Positions 40,983-52,500 of a stretch of DNA of 64,000 nucleotides are shown here, piece by piece. Position 1 is the stretch's first letter. The number at the start of each line of letters is the position of its first letter. The stretch is from positions 716,225 to 780,224 of the forward strand of contig JADJOZ010000001.1 of assembly GCA_016713525.1 (NCBI GenBank). The letters run 5' to 3'. The stretch is from Bacteroidota bacterium (GTDB lineage: Bacteria > Bacteroidota > Bacteroidia > AKYH767-A > OLB10). Both the position numbers and the translations under genes were made by a program. Under the pieces are notes generated by a model, which had not been told where the DNA came from, ran no database searches, and saw only the letters and a program-made list of their open reading frames with translations.

Positions 40983-41378
40983 TTTTAGTAGAATTTTTAT
41001 GCAATATACGATTTTTAAAAGTAAAAAGGTATTTAGATAGTATCTTTTTGAAATCTAAATGCTGGAACTGAAGCTTACATTTGGCCTCGCTATCAAATAA
41101 TCTAAGTTGATTCATTTTGGTAAAATAGTATGTGTTTTAATAAATGCACAGTAATTTGCTCCACTTTATTTTTGGAACCATCATATTGGGAATTACTTTT
41201 CCGATTTGGAATTACAGGAATTTCATACCCTCACAACCAATCGAACTATTCATGTCCATATTTGTAAAAATTTATTTTATTTTTTTGAAATTTCAAATTA
41301 ACATTTCTGGTTGAATGAGATTTTCTGAATGGTGCGATTGAAACCTGGATATTAAAAATTATTAACTGATTCATAAAC

Positions 41379-42775
41379 TTAATTTTTAACAATAGCCTGA
41401 TTCGTAATTGACAATTTTTCAATTAAAGCCAATGTTTGTCTGTATTCAGCTGCCTCTGAAAGTTTTGTGAATTCTATTTCAGCATTTGTTGTTGTGAGAA
41501 TGAATTTTTCTAATTCATCCAATGTAATTTTGAAAAATTCTTTTCGATAATTAATTTTATTTAGTCTTTGGTTATCGAATTGTTTGTGAATTTCGTATTC
41601 CAATTGTGGTGCATTTTCAGAGTAAATTATTGCATGTACATCGAAATGGAACGGTACAGAGGCATCACCTAATTCCTTAACGCGCTCTTTAGGGTCAAGT
41701 CTACGGGTCATGCCAATTTTGTAAACATTTTCGCCAAATGCACCAATGTTAGAAACAACATATATGTGACCTACTTTTGTTTGCTGAGCCATTGATATTG
41801 CTCTGTCTTTGCGTTCGTGTGCCAATTGTAATTCGGCTTCTAATTGAGCAATTTTTTCCAGTAATTCATTCTTGTTATCAATAAGTCCGGATTCGAGTTG
41901 CTGTTTTGTTTTTTCAATTTCCTTTTCAAAGACTATTTCATCCTGTTCAGCAGATTTTTTTGCACGTTCTAACTCACGTAAAGCACGTTCTTCCTCCTTC
42001 ATCTGTTCTTTAAGACGTTTTTGCTCCTCTTTCTCTTCATATTTTTTTGGAGTTCATATTCATAGGTCAATGCTAATTCTTCAAGTTTGCATTCTAGGAA
42101 GGATTTGGTGACATAAATTTCATGACTTGAACCCAAGGTATTTACATTTTCATAAATCTTGACGATACGTTCTTTGGACTTTTCTATATTGTTCCATTTG
42201 ACTTTTGATATAATTGCTTCACATTCCCCATTAAATGCGAAGATCATAAGTTTTTCATACTGCTTCGTCATTTTTTTTCCTTCAGATTGACTACCACCTA
42301 CCACCCATTGCCTGTCACATTTTGCACCAGCACCTTGTTTAATTAGAAGTCTCTGCTTTTGATAATTTAATTCTAATTTTTCTGAATATTGTGAGCTTAC
42401 TTCAAAGTTAAATTGAGGTTGATATACGCCATAAGTTCCAAGTTCCAGTGTATCTTGAAACAATTCGATTTCCTTCCTCATTTTGGAAATATCTTCTGAA
42501 GTTGCATCAAATGTGCTTTTCTGACCTTCAAGTTGCAATTTTAAATCTTTGACCTTTTCTTCAAATGAATTTATTGATTCAGACATTTTTGCTAATGGTC
42601 CAAATTGAATTATGTGTTCTTTCAATTTGTCCACTTCCAAATAAGCAGAATCTTTTTCTAAATTTAAGCTGGTAATCTTTTTTCTCAAACTGCTTATTAT
42701 AATAAAAGCAACAATCGAAGTAAGGACAATTCCGATTCCTAAGCCGAACAAAGTATGTGTTTGATCATCCATCAT
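41379..42775 (-). CDS. DUF4041 plus T5orf172 (GIY-YIG-like) domain protein, frameshift in homopolymer at 42043-42049
   Basis: Track ORFs 41999-42775 (TM, coiled coil, DUF4041-like) and 41379-42002 (T5orf172-like: VGHIYVVSNIGAFGENVYKIGMTRRLDPKERVKELGD...) are one gene. Adding one A to the A7 run on the coding strand gives a continuous ...YELQKKYEEKEEQKRLKEQMKEEERALRELERAKK. Confidence 0.7.
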
Positions 42776-43105
42776 TATAGTAGTTTACAGGTATTTAATT
42801 CTCGGAAAGTATAAATTTAATATCTAACCAAACCAAGGGTTTTCCCTATTTTTTTCAAGGGTTTTCCCGCAATTTCCTTCTGTAAACTTCGGTTTTGTTG
42901 CATTTTGGGAATTATTATTAATGAACCATTTAGGACGTTTTCATTTTAATGGAGTTAGATTATGAAAGTTTAGTCGTAGTTATTTTGGCGATTTGTGGAG
43001 TTTGCAGTTAATTTATGTGTAATGTAGTAAACAATCTTATAATTGCCTTTTCCAGTAAGATCCATTACTTTTAGTTCAATTTCATTTCAATTTAATACCG
43101 TAATC

Positions 43106-43453
43106 ATGATTAATTTTAAAAGGTTACATACAGCAGTCAAGAAAGCTGGTCGTTCATGGGAAAATGTTGGGCCTGTAATTGGTTTAACCGGTAATGGAAT
43201 GCGATATTCCATCAAAAATAGATCACTTTCATTGGTTAAATATGAAAAGTTATGCAAGGAGTTGAAGGTGCATCCGGCATTTATATTCCTTGAAAGCGAT
43301 GATTTAAGTGCTATGTTTTATAAGAAACGGATAACTGAAGTAGATTTGGGTAGTAGCCAGATTGCGATTTTAAAGGCTGAAAATGAGATGTTGAAAGAGC
43401 AAAATCGCAAGCTTCAAACCAGATTGATCGAATTGATTGACATCAAAAAGTAA
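43106..43453 (+). CDS. small HTH DNA-binding regulator with C-terminal coiled coil
   Basis: MINFKRLHTAVKKAGRSWENVGPVIGLTGNGMRYSIKN resembles a Cro/C1-type HTH. The C-terminus is a leucine-zipper-like coiled coil. Divergent from the DUF4041 gene. Confidence 0.4.
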   Translation: MINFKRLHTAVKKAGRSWENVGPVIGLTGNGMRYSIKNRSLSLVKYEKLCKELKVHPAFIFLESDDLSAMFYKKRITEVDLGSSQIAILKAENEMLKEQNRKLQTRLIELIDIKK

Positions 43454-43604
43454 GTTCCGCAATCGAACCATTAATGAAATTACACATACTTTTTTTTTAT
43501 TTACATTAGCGTTTTGAACTTCGGTACAGGACAGGTTAATGATTGTTTAAAACCAGTTCTACGATCCTTAATTCCAAAATGGAGTCTTAAAAATTAATTA
43601 CCAA

Positions 43605-43955
43605 ATGATCTACAAATTCAAACTAACCACTTATAGAATTATAGGAGCAATTCTTGTTTTACTCGGGTTGATTGGATACCTGACTATAGCAGATGAATTC
43701 CGACACTATAATGAATTTCTTGGAGTGACCTGTGTACTGGTTTCCGGTCTGGTTTTGTTGCTTATTGACTTTAGATTTCATTTATTTCAAAAAGTTGAAC
43801 TCCAGTGGCTCTCTATTTGCCTGTTAGCATGTATACCCCTTGGAGGTGTTGTCCTTGATAATATGCCGATCGGTATGTGTATAGGATTTATTTCAGGAAT
43901 TTCAATTGCTATTATTTTGGGAAAGGTTAATGTGACCAAATCAAGTCAATCGTAA
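43605..43955 (+). CDS. hypothetical membrane protein (4 TM)
   Basis: 116-aa hydrophobic ORF. Confidence 0.35.
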   Translation: MIYKFKLTTYRIIGAILVLLGLIGYLTIADEFRHYNEFLGVTCVLVSGLVLLLIDFRFHLFQKVELQWLSICLLACIPLGGVVLDNMPIGMCIGFISGISIAIILGKVNVTKSSQS

Positions 43956-44111
43956 AAAAATAGCGTAATAATTGATCCCATGTCACCAATCCATCAAAAT
44001 TACCATGAACTTAGCTGATCGTTTTTTATTCAGTTGACCAAGTTTAATAAGCTCTTTATTATCCGTATTAAGGCATTTTTCTGTTGCAATTGATCTCAAA
44101 ATGATTATCTT

Positions 44112-44486
44112 GTGAAAAATAATGTATTTATGAAAGTCATGGTCCAAGCTGAATCTATAAGCAAATTGATGCAATATCAGCTCCACGAGCGGGTTTATCC
44201 TTCCTGGGTGTTTGATGAGAGTACCTTGCTAATAATTGATGCCAATCAGAGTGCACAAGATTTTTGCAATTATGAGGGTAATGAGTTAATTGGATTAAGT
44301 ATTACGGAGCTTTGGAAAGACGAGGACTTGAGTGATATCATTCATGATCTGGAGATGCATAGTTCGGAGCGATCATTTTATGGTAATCTGAAGCATACCA
44401 AAAAGAATGGTGACGAGGTGATAATGCGTGTACGTGCCACGCGACAACTTAATCCAAAAACACTTTGGGAAGTACATTTAGTATGA
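44112..44486 (+). CDS. small PAS-domain protein
   Basis: LLIIDANQSAQDFCNYEGNELIGLSITELW...HTKKNGDEVIMRVRATRQL is PAS-like. Confidence 0.4.
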   Translation: MKNNVFMKVMVQAESISKLMQYQLHERVYPSWVFDESTLLIIDANQSAQDFCNYEGNELIGLSITELWKDEDLSDIIHDLEMHSSERSFYGNLKHTKKNGDEVIMRVRATRQLNPKTLWEVHLV

Positions 44487-44755
44487 TTTGACTCTCTATT
44501 TTGCGTTAGGGATTGAGCCAGGTACCGTGTACCGGTGAAAGCCCGCCCCGAAGGGGAACGCCCAAAGAGCGAAAAGCATCCAAAGAATAGAAACTCTAAA
44601 ATTGACTAAAACCTGCTGTGCAGTGATTCCGATTTTTACTTTTTTGTACTACATTTGATGCAATATATCTTACCATGCATCTTGTGCTGATTGCGGTATT
44701 TGGTTGTTATTCAATGAGATATAAAGGTATCAAAGGTTTAGGCCGGATTTAAGGG

Positions 44756-45859
44756 ATGATTTCGAATATGGTAAGAAGAATGGTGTGCATCGTGATTTTG
44801 ATGATGGCATTTTATCCGTTGAAGGCTCAGTTTACCTATGAAATGGTGCCACTGGAAGTATTGGATACTATTTTTGATAAGTCGGCAATTGATAAGCTCA
44901 GAAATGAGCAACTGCATTACCTTTCTCCTGATTATTTTACGGTTGGAGTGTATAAAAAAAGCGGCGGACTTTGTTTGATTGCCCGCGAAGGGAATCACTG
45001 GCTGGCTATGAGTTTGCCCGCTGACAATTCGATGGAGAACAAAAAACTTCAGTACAATGGTACTTATATTTTTTATGAAACCTTTTTTACGCATGCATCG
45101 AGAGGGATATCGGGTTCGTATGGCAATTTTAATTTGATTGATCCGACAAGAAAAACATGCGTGGAAGTGCCTGTTACCGTTAACATGGAAACTTATGATA
45201 CTGATTCAGAAGATGCAATTGGACATGAAACTTCTTGTGATTCGAAGGTGATTTTGCAAAACAACGAATTGCATGTTGTAAGTTTTAGCTCCGGTAACAG
45301 CGATTGCATACAGAGTGGTGTTTATAGAATAGAGGATCGTGAATTGAAGAAGATTAAACATTTGGATGAATCGCGTTATGCCATGGTTGATGTGCGATGG
45401 GCTGGTAAAATAGCGACCTACATGAATTTGGATGAAGTCAAAACTGCCTATGGTTACGCAACAGTGGAGCCGGTCACCGACAGCTACAGTAATTGTGCAG
45501 CCGGTGAAGTGGTTGCTCAACAGATTACCTGGGGAAATGATACTCTGGCGGTGGTGTTGCTAAATGCCGATGATTTACAACTTGTGCGGACAATAATTGT
45601 GCTATCGGATAAGATTCCATTTGGCAAAGTGCATAAAGGATTAACTGCTAAGGAACTTTTTCAGCTATATCCGAAAGAAAAATTGCATGCAGATTTACTG
45701 AGTGATGATGAGTATATTTATCTGGATGATTTACAAATTAAAGTCGTGTTTAAAACAACGGAAGCGAACAGGGTAGGGAAGTATGATGATGAGGAATACA
45801 AAGGCTTGAAGCGACCTGATGCCGTGATAGATTTTATTGAAGTTAATTACCATGGCTAA
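44756..45859 (+). CDS. hypothetical secreted protein
   Basis: Signal peptide (MMAFYPLKAQ). 367 aa. No recognisable domain. Confidence 0.45.
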   Translation: MISNMVRRMVCIVILMMAFYPLKAQFTYEMVPLEVLDTIFDKSAIDKLRNEQLHYLSPDYFTVGVYKKSGGLCLIAREGNHWLAMSLPADNSMENKKLQYNGTYIFYETFFTHASRGISGSYGNFNLIDPTRKTCVEVPVTVNMETYDTDSEDAIGHETSCDSKVILQNNELHVVSFSSGNSDCIQSGVYRIEDRELKKIKHLDESRYAMVDVRWAGKIATYMNLDEVKTAYGYATVEPVTDSYSNCAAGEVVAQQITWGNDTLAVVLLNADDLQLVRTIIVLSDKIPFGKVHKGLTAKELFQLYPKEKLHADLLSDDEYIYLDDLQIKVVFKTTEANRVGKYDDEEYKGLKRPDAVIDFIEVNYHG

Positions 45860-46534
45860 ATACAAACTTATTTTTGTACTTTTTTTGGTGGTAATGGTCG
45901 CGGTTGTCAGGCACCGAAAACTACGGAAGAAGCTGCAAACGGATCGGATTCAACGGCGAGTTCGGATGTGGTGTTGATTGATTCAGCAGCATCCGGCATG
46001 AATGCATCGGTAAGTGATTCTGAACAGGAGCAAAATGTTATAGAGGTTCAAGACACTGTTATCGTGAAAAGCAAAGTATTTGAAGTCAATAAGCTAAAGT
46101 GCTATTGGGAATACACGGCTGAGCGTTTGATTCGAGTGAAAGATCAGGAACATAATTTACGGATTATACAAATGCAGTTGAAGGAGGCGGGAAAAGAACG
46201 GGTGTTATTTACACCGGAGAATTCACCTGATTTGGCAAATACATTTTATAGTTTGACAGAATTAGAAAATAATGGTGATTATGTTATCAGTTGCGAAGAC
46301 AAAAATGCGGATTCGTGGTGTGATTATGAGATCTTGTTTGAGCGTGCAGCAGCTGGAGCAAATACGTCAACCAATGTATTTTTATTTGATCCGAAGAGCA
46401 GCAAATTTGAGTATTCGCAATTATTCAGCGGTACGAACATGGAATATGACAAAGATAAAAACATGATTAAGACATTCTGGAAGATGAGTGTGGATGACTA
46501 TGTGTTGACCTATACCTACTTTGACGGCAGATAA
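45853..46534 (+). CDS. hypothetical lipoprotein, probable frameshift near 45899-45908
   Basis: An ATG at 45853 overlaps the previous gene's stop (ATGGCTAA) and gives MAKYKLIFVLFLVVMVA. A 1-nt shift continues GCQAPKTTEEAANGSDSTASSDVVLIDS into track ORF 45968-46534, producing a lipobox VAGC. Confidence 0.4.
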
Positions 46535-46659
46535 AAAGGCAATTGATTATATTATTGAAGAGCAGTATGAAACAGATTCGGTTACGGTTGTGAAGAAAAG
46601 AGATGGAAAAATTGTTAGTTGGCGAAAAATGGCGAGTGGGGAATAATAAATTAAGTTAA

Positions 46660-47547
46660 ATGAAGATAAATCCATTTAAGAGAGTTCCGCAATCGTTCGA
46701 CATGAAATTGACGCGTACCTGTAAAGTCTGCGAGAACACTTTCAGCGGACGATATTGCAATTTGTGTGGTGAGAAAGTTACGGAGCCGGAGGAGCGATCG
46801 ATTTTGAATTTCCTGGATCATTTGCTGAATGCATTTACCTTTCTGGATGGGAAATTTATAAAGAGTCTGAAGCTTTTACTGTCCAAGCCCGGACAATTAT
46901 CGTGGAATATAGCGGAAGGCATCCGGGTTCCTTATATGAAAATGATATCGTTATTTTTTGTGGCCAACTTTTTTTATTTTTTGTTTCCTGTTTACGATAC
47001 CTATAATTCCACTTTAAAAACCCAAATGAATGATTTGGGGGCTCACAGTCGGCGGGCAACAGAAATTGTGGATGAGCATTTAACGAATCATACGATGCCG
47101 ATGCAGGAATTCCAGGAGCGGTATCAGGATAAGTCGACGAATTTATCGAAGATGTTGATAGTACTTTTGGTTTTGATGTTATCGGTGATATTGATGGTGG
47201 TTCATCACCAAGGGAAAAAGTATTTTTATGATCATTTACTATTTGCTTTGGAATTTTATAGTTTTCAATTACTCGTGAATCTGGTTGTTCTTGCAAATAT
47301 CTTTTATTGGGTGATTCAGGGTGCAGCTTATTTTGGAATGGATTGGAAATTTTTGACAACGGGAAATCTGTTTAGTGTAATCAGTACGATTACCATTTGC
47401 TATTTTTTATTTAGGGGTCAAATAAATTTCTACGGAAGTAAATGGTACTGGTCGGCTCTCAAAACACCTTTGCTAATACTTCTTATGTTTAGCACCATTC
47501 ATCTTTACCGGATAGCATTATTTTATATCACCATGTGGTTTTTATAA
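46660..47547 (+). CDS. DUF3667 domain membrane protein
   Basis: N-terminal zinc ribbon CKVCENTFSGRYCNLCGE, then ILNFLDHLLNAFTFLDGKF, then multiple TM helices. This arrangement is typical of DUF3667. Confidence 0.5.
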   Translation: MKINPFKRVPQSFDMKLTRTCKVCENTFSGRYCNLCGEKVTEPEERSILNFLDHLLNAFTFLDGKFIKSLKLLLSKPGQLSWNIAEGIRVPYMKMISLFFVANFFYFLFPVYDTYNSTLKTQMNDLGAHSRRATEIVDEHLTNHTMPMQEFQERYQDKSTNLSKMLIVLLVLMLSVILMVVHHQGKKYFYDHLLFALEFYSFQLLVNLVVLANIFYWVIQGAAYFGMDWKFLTTGNLFSVISTITICYFLFRGQINFYGSKWYWSALKTPLLILLMFSTIHLYRIALFYITMWFL

Positions 47548-47758
47548 ACTTTCCGGATTTTGAATATCCCGTTAACAGGCAACCTGGTTCCTGCAACCAT
47601 TTAAATAAACGCCTATATTCGTTTATACTTGCTCATGAATAAATGAGGGTTTATTTTTGCCGGCGATTTAATTTTTGAGGTTTTTGTAAATGTCAGATCT
47701 TTTTATACATTTGTTAATTCCTCAACTCTAATTTTTCAAACCTAAAAAAACTAACCTT

Positions 47759-49306
47759 ATGAAGAAAAACCTTATTTATGTATTTCTGGTTGTGCTGACC
47801 GGTGTTTTTGCCTGTAACAAACCAGAAGACAATCTCCCGGAACCACAGGAGGGAGTGCTGAAGCAGAAAGCGAATCCGGTAGCAGTGCCGGCAGGTGATC
47901 CGTTATCGCAGACTGACCTTGATAAAACGGTAATTGGTTTGCTGGAGTCTCGCAATGATTTTCAGTGGGAATGGGTGGATGTAAAAACACTTTGGAGTGC
48001 CGTTCAGTACAACGATCATTCTGTGGCAATTGGGTATAAGCCTTTGGGAGCCGGAGATATCAGCAGCAAACTGCATGAAATTAATGTTAAATCGGGTGCC
48101 TACAAAGAAGTGCATGATGCGCTGATAGCTTTTATTCTGAAAGAATTGAATTCGGTAGCTGAAAATCCGGTTTCGTTGAATGATATTTTAGTTGAAGATG
48201 ATCAAGTGTTGCCAATTTTAACTATCCGGTTAACGGATAAAAATGTGCTGACAGCGCTATATAATCTGGAGAATGTGCGTTACATAGAACCACTCGATTA
48301 CTGGCCTGCCGACCTCAGTCGCATCAGTTCTTCATCGGGTTGTGATGCCTCAACACAGGCATTGAATGCTGCTGATTATACTACAATTACTCCGGGAGCC
48401 AGATTGCCCTGGAATTACAATAATCAGAATGTTCCTGCTGCCTGGAATGTGAGTCAGGGACAAGGTATAACCATTGGTGTGATAGATGCGGGAATAAGTT
48501 CATCACAACCATTATTGGGTGCATCCTTTAACAATGGTGACTCCAATGTTGGTCGCGCTATAAGCACCGATTACACTTTGGGAAATGGTCCGTATAACAG
48601 TTGTACGCATGGCAATAGCATGTGCGGACAAGCTGCAGGGCCACGTAACAACCAGAATGCTACAACCGGAGTTGCCTATAAAAGTAATCTGCATTTCATC
48701 CGTGCCTGTAACGATGTAGTTTTGGATGCCTCTTCTGAAAAAACTGCTGTCAAAAATGCACTGATAAGAATGGGCAACAGGGGAGATGTAAAAATTATCA
48801 GTATGAGCATTGGAACACCATTTTCGAGTGGTGTGTTGAAAGATGGAGTTGACTATGCCTATGGTTTAGGTAAATTTATACTCGCTGCGGCAGGTACTTC
48901 CTTTAGCTGGACCAGCTGGTGGGGAGTTATATATCCTGCAGCTTATAGCTCATGTGTTGCAGTAACCGGAGTAAAGGAAAACGGTTCCAAATGCAGTTCA
49001 TGCCACGATGGGGGGGCTGTTTTGTATACCATTACCATGGAAAGAACTGCAAACAGTAATCGCAATTCACTCACACTTCCATTCTCAGGTGTAACACCAT
49101 CCTACATTGGAGGTAGTTCAAGTGCTACTTCAACCGCTGCCGGAATTGCAGCTCTCGTGTGGAGCACAAAACCGAACATGACCAGAGCTCAGTTGCAGAC
49201 TTGTTTGACTAACACAGCTCAGTTTTATCCAAGCCGCAACAGTACTAAAGGATATGGAAACCTGAATGCAGGTTCAGCGGTGAACTATGCTGTTGCCAAC
49301 TACTAA
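47759..49306 (+). CDS. S8 family serine peptidase (subtilisin-like) lipoprotein
   Basis: Catalytic-triad contexts GVIDAGI (Asp), CTHGNSMCGQAAG (His) and GGSSSATSTAAGIAALVWS (Ser). Lipoprotein signal VFACN. Confidence 0.8.
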   Translation: MKKNLIYVFLVVLTGVFACNKPEDNLPEPQEGVLKQKANPVAVPAGDPLSQTDLDKTVIGLLESRNDFQWEWVDVKTLWSAVQYNDHSVAIGYKPLGAGDISSKLHEINVKSGAYKEVHDALIAFILKELNSVAENPVSLNDILVEDDQVLPILTIRLTDKNVLTALYNLENVRYIEPLDYWPADLSRISSSSGCDASTQALNAADYTTITPGARLPWNYNNQNVPAAWNVSQGQGITIGVIDAGISSSQPLLGASFNNGDSNVGRAISTDYTLGNGPYNSCTHGNSMCGQAAGPRNNQNATTGVAYKSNLHFIRACNDVVLDASSEKTAVKNALIRMGNRGDVKIISMSIGTPFSSGVLKDGVDYAYGLGKFILAAAGTSFSWTSWWGVIYPAAYSSCVAVTGVKENGSKCSSCHDGGAVLYTITMERTANSNRNSLTLPFSGVTPSYIGGSSSATSTAAGIAALVWSTKPNMTRAQLQTCLTNTAQFYPSRNSTKGYGNLNAGSAVNYAVANY

Positions 49307-49329
49307 AATTTAAAAACCAACTTGTATAA

Positions 49330-49360
49330 TGCCGCCGGATCATTTTTCGGCGGCATTTTT
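49330..49360 (+). terminator. intrinsic terminator (GCCGCCG...CGGCGGC plus T-tract)
   Basis: Seen directly, 25 nt after the S8 stop. Confidence 0.65.
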
Positions 49361-49572
49361 GTTTAAATTATTAACAATTAAATGCCTTTCAAATTTTAGT
49401 GCGGTCGTAATCAATAGGATGTGAAAAACTTTTCAACTTATTTTGATGTCGAATACATTCTACATGGCTGCTACTTGCGCTGTCTAAGTAATAGCGGTAT
49501 TTTAGCATATCGAAAGCGGACAACCCCATTGTCCGGTTTTGTTTTTTAAAACACATCTAACCAAAATTACCT

Positions 49573-52500
49573 ATGCGTAAATTACTACTTGGCCTGGGAA
49601 TGACCTTCCTTTCAGGTTCCATGATGGCCCAAAATCTTGTTGGCCGCGAAGCTGAAAAATTTCATCCTGCTGCACAATTCGTGCGATTTGATGACCGTAC
49701 ACCGGCACCATTATTTGTATCGTTCCGTGACAACAGTTATGTTCCGGCATCGGCAACTACTGCCATCATGAAAGAAGTTTTACAACTTTCTACAAATGAC
49801 AGCTGGCAATTAATTCGCACCGATCATGATGAACTGGGCATGCAGCACCACCGGTATCAGCAATTCTACAAAGGTATTCCTGTTCAAACCGGTGAATATA
49901 TTGTGCATGAGCAACAAGGTGTGATTAAATCCATGAATGGTGTTTGTTACAAAACCCTTCCGGTAGCTACCAATCCCGTAATTGGAGAGTCGGAAGCATT
50001 GGATCGGGCCTTGAAAAACATCGGTGCATCAGTTTATTTGTGGGAGACTCCGGATGCGGAGCAAATTGCTTTAGTTGGACATTCACATGGCAAAGATCGT
50101 CCGAAGGGAGAACTGGTTATTTTGCCTTCTTTAGGATTTGAAAAAGGACAAACGACTTCACTTTGCTGGAAGTTCGATATATACGCTCATGAGCCACATC
50201 AGCGATATAATGTTTACATCAATGCCGAAACTGGCAAAATGATGTTTAAAGAAAGTCGCATCTGCACTTTTGCTGCGAATGGTTCAGGTAATACACGTTA
50301 CAGCGGATTGCAATCATTTACTACTGATTCAATAGCACCAGGCAGCTATCGTTTACGGGATGTTACCAGAGGTGGTGGTGTTGAAACATATGATTTGAAT
50401 AATGGTACCAATTATGGTACAGCTGTCGATTTTACCGATGCCGATAACTTCTGGAATACTACCACCAATCAGGATGATGCTGCATTGGATGCACATTGGG
50501 GAACCCAGATGACTTACGATTATTATTTCCAGACACATGGCAGAAACAGTTACAACAATGCCGGTGCTGTACTTCGTTCCTATGTTCATTACAGTTCCAA
50601 CTATAACAATGCCTTCTGGAATGGTTCACAAATGACTTATGGTGATGGAAATGGATCAACCTTTTCACCACTCACCGAACTGGATGTGGTTGCACATGAA
50701 TTAACACATGGAGTGACTAACTTTTCATCTAACTTAGTTTATTCTTATCAGTCAGGTGCATTAAATGAATCATTCAGTGATATCTTCGGAATCACAGTTG
50801 ATTTCTTTGCACGTCCCGGTACTGCAAACTGGTTATTGGGAGATCAGTGTTATACACCCGGTACACCCGGTGATGCATTGCGTTCTATGAGCAATCCAAA
50901 TTCAGCGGGTGATCCCGATACTTATTTGGGAACTAACTGGTACACCGGAACCGGAGATAATGGTGGTGTTCATCAGAATAGCGGCGTACAGAATTACTGG
51001 TATTACCTGTTAAGTATTGGTGGATCGGGAACCAATGATGTTGGTTTCAACTTCAATGTTACCGGAATTACCATCGCCAAAGCACGTATGATAGCCTATA
51101 GGAATAATACATTTTACTTAACATCATCATCTCAATACAGTGATGCAGCATTTTATTCCTTACAGTCTGCAACCGATTTGTATGGTAACTGTTCACCTGA
51201 GGCAGTATCCGTTAAAAATGCCTGGGATGCTGTTAATGTAATGGGATTACAAATAAATGCTAACCTGGTTGTGTCTGCAAGTCCGGTTTGTTTAGGTGGC
51301 CCAATTCAACTTAACGCTGCAGGTGGTGTTTCTTATTCATGGACTGGTCCGGGTGGATTTACTTCAACATCAGCAACTCCGGTAATTCCTGTTGCAACAT
51401 CCGGTACTAATGGCGTTTATACCTGTACAGTTACAGATGCTAACGGATGTTCAGGCAGTAAATCAGTGACTATTGCTGCAAATCAGTCTCCAACAGTTAG
51501 TGTTAGCGGAGCATCACCAATTTGTTCAGGCTCATCAGTGAATCTTTCTGCTACAGCAGCAGTTTCGGGTTCAGGAAGCAGTACCGGTTCAAACAGCACC
51601 GATATTGCAATTCCAGATGCCAATCAAACAGGTATTTCGTCTACGATTGCCATCGGACAATCAACAAGTGCTGCTTCAATTATTTCTGTTACCATCGATA
51701 GTTTGATTCACCCTTATGTAGCCGATCTTACTTTGCGTCTTATTGCTCCAAACGGATCATTCATAAATCTTGCTTCCGGAGTAGGAGGGGCAGGTGATAA
51801 TTTTTATGGAACAGTATTTACTTCATCGGCCACTACAGCTATTGGTTCAGGCACGGCACCATTTACCGGTAATTTCCTTCCACAATCACCATTCAGCAAC
51901 CTGACAGGTTCCGCAAATGGTACATGGACATTAAACGTAATTGATGGCTTCGGACAAGATTTAGGAACACTTTCCAAATGGTCGATTGCTCTAGCTCCAA
52001 ATACCATTATTTCATATAGCTGGTCACCATCAACCGGATTAACAACCACAACAGGTGCTACTACATCAGCATCTCCAACTTCTTCTACAACTTATACCGT
52101 AATTGCAACCGATGTTTTAGGATGTACAGCATCTGCAACTGCAGCTGTTGATGTTTCCAATATTGAAATTACCGGTATCGTAACTAATCCGCTATGTCCG
52201 GGAGGAAACGGAACAATTGATATCAGTCTTGCCGGAGGCAGTGCGCCATATACCTACAATTGGAGTGATGGAAGCACCAATGAAGACCTTCAAAGTACTA
52301 CACCCGGATTTTATACTGTAATCGTTACTGATGCTGCAGGGTGCTCTGTTACGTTTGTCAGACAACTTACTTCACCGGCAGCATTCAGTGTTGGTATATC
52401 GGCTTCTGATGCCACCTGTGGCAATAATGATGGTACCTTCACCTCCGGGACCTGTTTCGGGTCCTGCCGGAGCATGCCGAAATCAGAATAACGTTACCTT

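Noticed and set aside
52331-52500. The N-terminus of track ORF 52331-54244 (MLQGALLRLSDNLLHRQHSVLVYRLLMPPVAIMM...) as a separate protein start.
   Set aside because: This stretch is the out-of-frame reading of the upstream M4 peptidase repeats. The real coding frame switches at ~52445. It is one gene with a single-base indel.
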